64,000 bases of DNA. Origin: Vicugna vicugna. Its lineage: Eukaryota. Shown here in pieces: positions 55,017 through 64,000 of this stretch. Made by a program: the position numbers and the translations under genes. Every line of letters starts with the position of its first letter. The first letter of the stretch is position 1. The DNA is taken from assembly GCA_013265495.1 (NCBI GenBank), contig MU058748.1:124001-188000 (forward strand), in the 5' to 3' direction. Below the pieces are notes generated by a model. The model made no database searches, had not been told where the DNA came from, and was given only the letters and a program-made list of their open reading frames with translations.

Positions 55017-56534
55017 CCTCAGGGAATAAAGCTGAAGTTTAAAAAAAAGAATTAAAAAAAAAAACACTAAATGAAGGCATGCTAATGTCATCTCTTGTAG
55101 AATCATGTTTGTGCCAGCTACTTTGCTTCCACTGTGCTCCCCAAGCCGACAATCCATAGAGCTCCAGAGCACTGATGAGCTCTGGACTGGCATAGGGAGA
55201 AGGACCCTTTTCCAAACAGCCAGGCTATGTCCTCTAAGCGCTGAAGCAACCCTGCTTATGGTCAGAAACTAATAGTTCTTTTCTGAGCAGTCGTCTGAAT
55301 TGGTTCTCAAACCCTTGTCCTTAATCTCATACTTTCTCCTGTGCAGACGTTGTGCTTGAGTTCCAGCCCTCCACTGTTCAGACATAGTTGTTCAAATCCA
55401 GTCCAAGGAGTCATATTATAGAGAAGCTACACAATACACTTAGGGCTCCACTTCCACTCTCCATTCCTCTGTTGCCACCAAGTGCTTTTCTTCTGTCTAG
55501 GAGTAAAACAATGAATGATGATTTTACTCTAATATTTGGATCTGTGAGGAAAAAGAAGTGTCTCTTCTAGGTGAATCGAAGTTCTTTATCAAACAGTCAC
55601 ATATATATATAGATATACAGAGATAATTTATTGTTTCACATTTGAGTATATTAAAATATAACCTAAGTTGACAGTTTACATGCTTTTCAATGAAGAAAGA
55701 TTGTATATTGGGGCTAAAAATATCATGAAAGTAAGGAACATAGAACTGGATTTGTTTTTCTTAGTTTATGAAGGTGAGGAGGGTTAGGCAGCTCAATAAC
55801 TGAGGAAATAAGATAATCAGGGGGACAATCTACAGAATATTTGTCACCATGAGTAAGTACAATTGCCATTCTCTTTAATTATATTCTTAATACAAGATAG
55901 CTTAGAAGAAAAATCATGGAATTTTAAATTGCTATGATGAGTAAGCATTAAGCAGATCAAATAAAATGGGATTGATTTTCTTCATGTTTAAATTTTTTGA
56001 GAGCCAAATAATATGTGTCAACCTGAAATTTCTCTTTCTACATGTTTATTTATTGTCTCTTTTGAAACTAGATTTTCCAAGTATGTACTAATGGAAAGTC
56101 AGTCTGTCACTCTTTCCACAGCTGTATTATATTTTATACACAAGCGAAAGTTTGGAGCATTCTACCATTTCATTTTAACTTCCTAAGGCGCAAGACAATA
56201 TTCTTGAAATATTACCAACTTTTGTCAACTAAAATATCACATTTTCAGAAGATCCTTGACTACCAACTAGTTTTGAAGTTGGCTGTGTGATGATGAAGTG
56301 AGAGACTGGATTTCTGGAAATGACTCATTTGCTGCCTGGTCTTATGCTTCAGATACTGCTCTTTTAAATTCTGCCCATGACGGAAATGAACTCTATTGTT
56401 CCATTCTCTTAGGCAGCCACTGAAATCGGCAAGTGTTATTTGGGTGGTAGAGGACTGAAAAGAATGTGAAGTGAATCCTCTAAAGTCTTTTTAGAAACAT
56501 GCTTCACACTGCAGCAGGTTCTATAGAGATCAAA

Positions 56535-56670
56535 TCAATTCCGTAATTGTTTCAGCATACATTTATTGAGCTCCTACTATTATCGCACTGGATAATAAGT
56601 AGTGAACTAAGTGAAGTTCTTGTCCTCACAGAGCCTACATTGTAGTGGGGTCATAAAGTCAACAAATAAA
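56535..56670 (-). mobile_element. L2 3' end fragment
   Basis: TTCAGCATACATTTATTGAGCTCCTACTAT...GTCCTCACAGAGCCTACATTGTAGTGGGG. Confidence 0.75.
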
Positions 56671-57106
56671 TGACTATATAACTGTGAAATGAAGTCAAAC
56701 CCTGAGATAATGCACCTGAGATAAGTTGTATTCAGATATAATGTGACTGACAGTTGATTCTTAGTCTTCCCACTTGTGTTTTCCAGTAGAGGCCTGCTTA
56801 GATTCCGATCTTTTAAGGGGCAGGAAATGGATGAGTGTAAGTTAGGAAGTAATTGCCTTATGACTGGACCCTCTTATTTCAGTATACATTTCTGACAGTA
56901 CAGAGCACATTTTAAAAAAATGTTTATGTATTCTCAGTTGTCATATGTAATATGTAATATATAAGGTTTTCTTTAAATAAAGGTATTTCACATTAATCTT
57001 TAGGAAACTTTACATTTTAGAACATTAACACATTTTTTTCAGCATAGCTGTTTCATAGATTTGTCCCACCTATTCAATAAGTATCTATTCCAGTTTGTTA
57101 TCATTC

Positions 57107-57280
57107 AAAGTTACCATGTAATCCAGCAACCCCACTCCTGGGAATATATCCAGAAAAATGAAAACTCTAATTCAAAAAAAGACATGCACCCCAATGTTCA
57201 TAGCAGCACTATATACAATAGCCAAGACATGGAAGCAACCTAAATGTCCATCAACAGAAGAATAGATAAAGAAGATGTGG
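57107..57280 (+). mobile_element. L1 ORF2 3' fragment
   Basis: ATCCAGCAACCCCACTCCTGGG...CCAATGTTCATAGCAGCACTAT...GGAAGCAACCTAAATGTCCATC. Confidence 0.92.
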
Positions 57281-57287
57281 AGGGGGA

Positions 57288-57371
57288 GGTGTGTGTGCGT
57301 GTATCTATGTGTGTGTGTGTGTGTGTATATATATACACACACACATTTGTGTATATATATATATACACACA
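57288..57371. repeat. Compound (TG)n(TA)n(CA)n microsatellite
   Basis: Direct observation; self-complementary arrangement. Confidence 0.95.
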
Positions 57372-59039
57372 TTTGAGCAGACAGCTAAAAACCTAAGGAA
57401 GTAAGCCATGGTTTAAGAATATTTTGAAGGTATAACCATGGAATTGAGGTCCATTATAAAAAGAAGAGAAGAGTTAAGAATAATACTAAGGGTCTTTTTT
57501 AAACTTAAACTACTGTTTTGTATTTCAGCATCTGTTAAAAGAATAGTTTTAAGTATCAAGTAATTGTGGCCAATGATACAATTATCAGTATTAAACTATG
57601 ACATTAATAGACTTCAAATAGAAAATAAATTTCTGTATTCCAAGATTCCTTTTTGAACTTATGACTTCTGAACCTGGCTTGAGCCTAACAACTAAAGTTT
57701 AGAAAGACAACAAATTACTGGAATCAACATTTCCCAGCCTATTTGAAAGGGTAACACTTGATTACTGTTTATGGTTTGTTTTTTTTACTTAACATTCCTT
57801 TAAATTCTATAAAAAATATTATTTGAACTACGTGAATTACGATTAACTTTTACTTTAAGAATGTTGTGATAATTTAAGCTGGGCTAGGGTATACAGAGTC
57901 AGGGAAAACTATAGATTCCTGTCTCTAAATAGGAGGAAAACCCATCTAAACATTTAATATGCTATCATCCTGCAAAATATACATATTTCAGAAAATTGCT
58001 AAATTTTTTGGAGAGAAAATTAAGATGTTTTGCTCTGTGAAGCTGATTTTAGAGCTTGGTGCTTCAAAAATATGGAGGTTTACAAAGATATTATTATTGT
58101 CATTAGTACAAAGCTACTCTCTGTATGTCATTACTCTTCCATTCAATGTAGTATCGACTAGTGTAATAAGATCCCTGACTTCCTGAAACTATATCCATTT
58201 CTCTTTTATCTGGGTGCTCCTATACTTTATGTATGTCCCTTGCTGTCTCCTTTGAGACTTTGCATTTATCCTTCCAGGGAGTGTATAAAAAGGCTATATT
58301 AGGTCAGAGTTACAATCTCTTCAGTGGTCAGGAAACATGACTTGGAACACCTCCGTCAGTCTGCATTGAGTCTCATTTAACAACATGTTGTTAAATGAAA
58401 GAAAACATCTCCCAGCGAGTGAATTTGTTCTGCATTTGTATAAATCAGCACTTTACAAACAAATTTATGTGAATATTTATCTTTTATTCATCTAAATTAA
58501 GACATTTCACTGAAATATTACAAGATTATGTTTTTATAACATTAACAGCAGGGTACCTATATAAAAGAGAAATTCCACAGCAGCGCATGTAAGGTTAAAT
58601 ATCCCTCAGGACAATTTTATCCATCACAGAACAATAAAATTCTCTTTTAATATAGAATGTTCGGTCATTTGTCAAAAAAATCTTTGTTGTCTTTTGTAAA
58701 ACCCTGACTTGAGACACTCCCACAACTGTTTTGTCTTTTTTCTATCTATATGTTTTGAATTCTGCCTACTATTATAGATTCCGATCCCTATTTTATAATA
58801 GAAAGCTAAATCAAACCATGATTCTGGAGATCTACCAGATAGCATAACATCAAGAGAAATAAAATGTAAATTGAAATAAAAAACTGTAAGAGAAATAGGA
58901 ATAAACATAATCATAATAGAAAAACTTAATTTACAGTTCCTAACATGTTCCCTATTAAGTAGAAAGCATAATTAGCACTATAGATAAATCTGAAAAAGGT
59001 AATTAATTTAAATGGAATAAAAAAATTAATACTTGTATG

Positions 59040-59460
59040 CCTTAAATGGAGTTCCCACAAAAGCAGAGACTAAATAATTACTCGGATACAGTTAGTTTAT
59101 TTCAAGAATGATGCCAAGAAACACAAGGGGAGGAGAAATTAGGATGGAGAATGGAGAAAACAAGTAAGGTTGTGCTAATAAACACATTACTCTATGGATA
59201 TCAGGAACTCAGGCCCACTGAAGAACTCGGTGGAGAAATCTGTCATAATATGTCTCAGAATACCTCACTAGAGAATGCAGGAACTAGGCATCAATCCACC
59301 AATCTCCCCCCATATTGGTTGTGAGTCAGGTCTTACCTCCCCGAGGGCATAAACTCATCTCATTTTTAGTTTGGGTTGCTTAAACAGAGCAAGACCCTCT
59401 GGTTATAGCATAAGCACCCCTGCAGATGAGAGAAATAAAGTTTGAAATAAAAAGCCCATG
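59040..59460 (-). mobile_element. ERVL LTR33/LTR16-like LTR
   Basis: GTTCCCACAAAAGCAGA...TAGTTTATTT...CCAAGAAACAC...CCCACTG resembles reverse LTR33. Confidence 0.6.
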
Positions 59461-59779
59461 ATTCAGTTAGAGAGTGAGAAACACCACTGATTCTTTTAAT
59501 ATAGTTTTATATTAAGGAATCTATTAAGGGATTAAATGTACAAAGAGGTCAAAGAAAGGAAAACAGCCTAATACCGTTTTCTAGGTGGCACACTGATAGT
59601 GCACTAAAAGAATCATAAAAATCCTCAATATTTTTGGAAAATAGAAATAAATATATACTGTCTATAGTATAGATACTGTCAGTATTTATATGCATGAGCC
59701 TAATATGTGAGTGTATTTCTGCATATAAATTATACATATATATAGCTCTATCACCTAATTAGGGAACATACTTGGTAGC

Positions 59780-60064
59780 ATAGATGCACATCACACATAG
59801 GATAACCCTGAGGGTAGTGGGAATGATTGAATTATGATGTATCTTAAAGTGAGAGTTGACAGGATGTGCTGTGGATCTGATGTGGTATGAATGGGGAAAA
59901 AAATAATTGTTTTGCCTGAGTCATAGTTAAAAATGTCATTGCCTTTAACTGGAATAAGTGAGACTGTGTGAGGAGTTGGCTTAAAGGAAAATATTAGAAA
60001 CTCAGTATGGGACATTGATTTGAAATGGCTAATAAACATCGAAACTGCGCCATTGAGTAGTCAG
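59780..60064 (-). mobile_element. L2 fragment
   Basis: GAGTTGACAGGATGTGCTG...CTCAGTATGGGACATTGATTTGAAATGGCT...AACATC. Confidence 0.6.
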
Positions 60065-60071
60065 CCATTTC

Positions 60072-60233
60072 TTTTTTTTTTCCCCTGTAAATCTCAAACT
60101 CCCAGGTTATCCCTTCCCATCCCCTTCTCCCACTGTTAACCATAAGTTCGTTTTCTATGTCTGTAAGTCTGTTTCTGTTTTGTAAATACGTTCACTTGTC
60201 TGTTTTTTAGATTCCACATATAAGTGATACCAT
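60072..60233 (-). mobile_element. Short L1 3'UTR fragment truncated at both ends, with T10 tail
   Basis: AAATCTCAAACTCCC...AACCATAAG...TTAGATTCCACATATAAGTGATACCAT; near-TSD CCATTTCT/CCATTTTT. Confidence 0.88.
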
Positions 60234-60479
60234 TTTTATAAAATAATCCATTTCTAAAGTTCTGGAATTCAAGTGTGGTCCAGCCTGGAATTATGCATCT
60301 GAGAGTCAAAAGCATATAGACAATATATATTTTAAAAACTAAGGTGATTACAGTATGAGAAAATGAGAACCAGAAAACAGAATGGAAAAGATAATGGACT
60401 AGGGCAGTGCAGTGTGATTGCTGTGCAGTAAAAATTGATTTGGAGTTAGTGCTCATGAAATTAGAGTAAGAACAGTTAT

Positions 60480-61018
60480 CTTTTTCTTCAGTCACATCAG
60501 TTTTTGTCTCCCCCGAAAGAGAAGAATTCAAAGAGGGGACAAAAGTATTGTGTAGCAAAAGATTTTAAAGGTTTTATTAGTAAAGCAAAAGTACACCTTC
60601 AAGAACTGGATGCAGGCTGATCCAAGAGAGGATGGCAGCCTGGTCTTTGTCCCTCCTGTCTTACACCCTAAGGGCTGTCTCTTGATTGATTGATGGCTCT
60701 TGTCCCTGGAGTGCTTAGTCGTGCCTGTCCCCTTTTGCCCATGTGCTTACCTATGATGCACACAGAAAAGCCCACGGGATGGGGGACCCTAAACCGCAAT
60801 GCTAATTATATTACAGTGAGCACTGGGTCATGTCCAGTCAGGTCCTTGTCAGTACCACACAGTCATGGCCATCTGGTCCCAACTGGTTTCTTGCTGGCAC
60901 TCATTTAGAGGAGGTAAAGCCCCTTATGCTGAAGGCAGGCATACTGCCATTTTCCAGGCCATCCTCCCTCTCCTCCACCTTATCTGCCTGGTGCCCCCAT
61001 TTATCTAACTACCTAATA
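60480..61018 (-). mobile_element. ERV solo LTR (probably ERV1; left boundary uncertain)
   Basis: GC-richer segment whose minus strand starts TATTAGGTAGTTAGA (TG-like terminus), with minus-strand AATAAA at 60573-60578. Confidence 0.6.
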
Positions 61019-61239
61019 AGCTGAGCAGGTGCAGGCATAGATTTAACCAGAATGTGGTTGCACAAGGCCATGGTAGTGATAAATGATGGCAATGGTATTC
61101 TAGATGAAAACGTCTAGAGCAGTACATGTCACATGGAAGGTAGTCAATAAATATTTATTGAATTAATTGATCAAGTTAATGTATATGTATATGACATCTG
61201 CTATGTTTCAAACCAATATCTGATCCCAAAACAACACAA

Positions 61240-62760
61240 AACAAAACTCCATAAAAGTGAAGTCAAGGGAAAAGATGCCTATATCTTGACTTTTACTTCA
61301 TATTTCTTCTAGTTGAAGTAAATAAAACAGCACATTAAAAAGAATACATATTTTTAAAAGAAGGTATCATTCTTTCGTATGAATATAACATGATTATATA
61401 AGTTAAAATATAGTAAGCAATTAAAATGTCTTTAAAATTAGTTTAATAATCTTATTGGCAACATCATTTACACATAGAATGAGTAGCTCTTCTCTACAAA
61501 GTATAATCCATTAGAAGTACCACTAAAAAAAACTTTTTAAATATTAATACTAACATAAACTATTTCTGAGTAAATGTAATCAGTCATGTTTACTATGATA
61601 TATAATGATACCTTTTCGTAGAATCATAGATTATATGATTCTACCAAATTTACATGATATAGTCTCTTCATTTGAAAATGTTTATTCCTAATAAATTTTG
61701 TTCAATGACATCCTAACAAATTAGCATTACCTTATAATCATTAAAATGAAATGAAAATTGGTTTGAATATATGAACATATGAACTTAGAAAATTTTGTGG
61801 GGAAAATGAGTATTGAATTAAAACTATGAGCTATTAGAACTTATTGTTGAAGTATATATAGTATAGTAGTCAAAACATCTTAGTTATCGAGAGACGACTT
61901 GAACAAAATAAATACCTTGAAGAATTTAAGAATATATCCATTTTTGTTCATATATCAAGCTAATAATGAATGTTTAATAAATGGGGTGGATACAAATATT
62001 TGAGGAAAGGGGAGAAATTGGATTGGCACCTGCTCTCTTAAACCAAAATATATCCTACATAGATCAACAATTTTAATGTTTTTAAAAGTGGAAAAAATAA
62101 GCCCATGTAATCCTAGAGGAAATGTTGCATAAAACTGCTTTACTATCATAATTAATATCTCAAATTTAATATTTTATTTTATATTTTGGCTTTTCTAAGT
62201 ATGGCATAATTGCCAAAACATAGGAATAAAATTATTAAAAATTTGAGCAAATGAAATTTAACAACTTGGGAGAAAATAGTTGCAATATGACAAAGAGCTA
62301 ATATTTATAGTAAGTATACTATTCTTGCAAATTAATTACTAAAAAAAGATAACCCTACGTGTAAAAACAGAAACCTTGAAAATTTTATTTTCACAAAGAA
62401 ATATGTACAAAAATGATAAAATTCACAGCAGTAATTGTTAGGGGAAAAATTAAGATGAAAGTTAAATTTTCATAAATGGGTAATAATTATATATACTATA
62501 GCAAAGACTCAATATCGATATAAAATAATAAAATGTCTATGTGGATTGTAATGAAGAACTTTCTGACATACTGTAAAGGGAAAAAGCAGAATTTTTAATA
62601 AAAAATTGGGAGGTTTGTAGTCATGTAAGTATACAAGCATACATGGACATACATGTATATTCCCAAACAATTTGCTTAGAAAAAACACAGAAAAATAACC
62701 AGGAAGCAAATTGTTACAAGTTAATGCACTAAAAGAGAAAAAATATATTGGGATACCTAA
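61240..62760 (+). mobile_element. Ancient degraded L1 (L1ME-like)
   Basis: A-rich sequence with scattered ORF2 remnants (ATGACAAAGAGCTAATAT; TTCACAAAGAA). Confidence 0.5.
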
Positions 62761-64000
62761 ATGTGGAAAAAAACAGGAAAATGCACATCTTCAGTACACA
62801 CATGTTTTCATGATCATTTTTTCCTTTAAGCCACTTATGGCTTCCCTATTGCGTTTCCTTTCTTCCATTTGTATCATTCACAAGTCGTGCTGCTTCTGCC
62901 TTTGGATTTTAATCCTTAGCTCCATTCTGTATTTCTCTTTCATTGCTTCTTTTTCTTTGGTTCCTGAGATGACAGCGTGAAAAATTAATTTGATTCCAAT
63001 TTATCAGGTGACTTTTTTTAAATTCAAAACTGTTTTCTTTGATTCACAATGACAGTTGATATGTTAGCAGCTTGCAGTTGATGAACATAAAACTGATTTT
63101 GATGATTTAGAAGAGAATCAAAGTATAATTCCCCAAGCTTTTGAAGAAATTAATTAGGTGACAGTGTGTGAAAGTAAAAGATAATTATTATGCTTTTTTT
63201 CTTGCTTCAAAGCTGGAGAGAATTCAGGTTAGAGATTTTTGCTTAAATTGGAGCAGGTAAAAAGGCCCTTAGACTTTGTTAATACATCCATTGGCTTATT
63301 CCCCATCTATAAAATCGCAAATGAAATCCAGATATTTTTGAAAGTAGACTTTTTTTTATTTTGTCACAGAAGACTAAACCCTAGATAAAAGCTGCAGTAG
63401 ATGACAATAATGAACAAATTATGAAAAATGCTTTATTTACACTCTTTATATAAAGATTTGCTTTAATTCTATTAGGTCAATAACATGTATTTTCACTTTA
63501 AAATTAACATAAATTCCACAACCTGTGTTTCATAGTAGGGAACATGCCTTAAAGTAATTTTCAGTCTTCAGTTTCTAGTACACAAGACAAAATTTAAACA
63601 TATAGTGACCTTTTCTTGGAAGGAGGTGGGAGCTTGAGCTCTGCTCAGGAATTATTTTACCATTAATTTCCAATCAAAGTTTAGTTTATGCTTGAAAGAA
63701 AATAAAGATGTTCTAAATTTCATTTTCCTCTTTCCTTCTTGTTGCCTAATTTCTTTAAAAAAAAATTACTAGTCAGACTTATCTGGATTCTATGTTTGGG
63801 AACCTTCTGCAGTTGATTTTATTGTTTTTGTATGAAGCTCATTCTTAAGAATCAAACTATTTACACATATTCTATTACTGACTTTTTTTTTAATGCTTGA
63901 AAAACTGCTTGTTGAATAACTGATTTCTGACAATTAACAAAAGTTTAGGTTTTGGACATAATCTCTCAATTAAAAAAGTAACATTGGGTGGATGGAAAAA

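Noticed and set aside
54801..55193. 130-aa minus-strand ORF
   Set aside because: Antisense reading of the U2 pseudogene and its flank.
1..64000. CRISPR array, operon or prokaryotic/viral defence-type system
   Set aside because: No regularly spaced repeats, intact long ORFs or non-mammalian composition were seen. Recurrent sequences are dispersed L1 3' ends.

Overview
AT-rich, CpG-poor mammalian genomic DNA, most likely camelid (alpaca or camel). The taxon is inferred from a tRNA-Ala-derived Vic-1-type SINE and young L1 3' ends that I assign to camelid families from memory. The assembly is a draft, with a 973-N gap inside an L1. Much of the window is interspersed repeats: L1s of several ages, L2/MIR, MaLR/ERV solo LTRs and hAT/Tigger DNA transposons. 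It also holds a full-length U2 snRNA retrocopy. The only ORF-track entries with recognisable homology are broken L1 ORF2 fragments. Reading by eye suggests a sparse, frame-compatible chain of plus-strand exons (1603-1700, 30550-30651, and a terminal exon from 34831 with a 3'UTR-like tail) from a gene I cannot name. I found no convincing new biological system. The best leads are that exon chain, the 3'-extended U2 retrocopy and several atypical L1 insertion structures. All repeat family names are from recall and need RepeatMasker/Dfam confirmation, and boundaries of old repeats are approximate.
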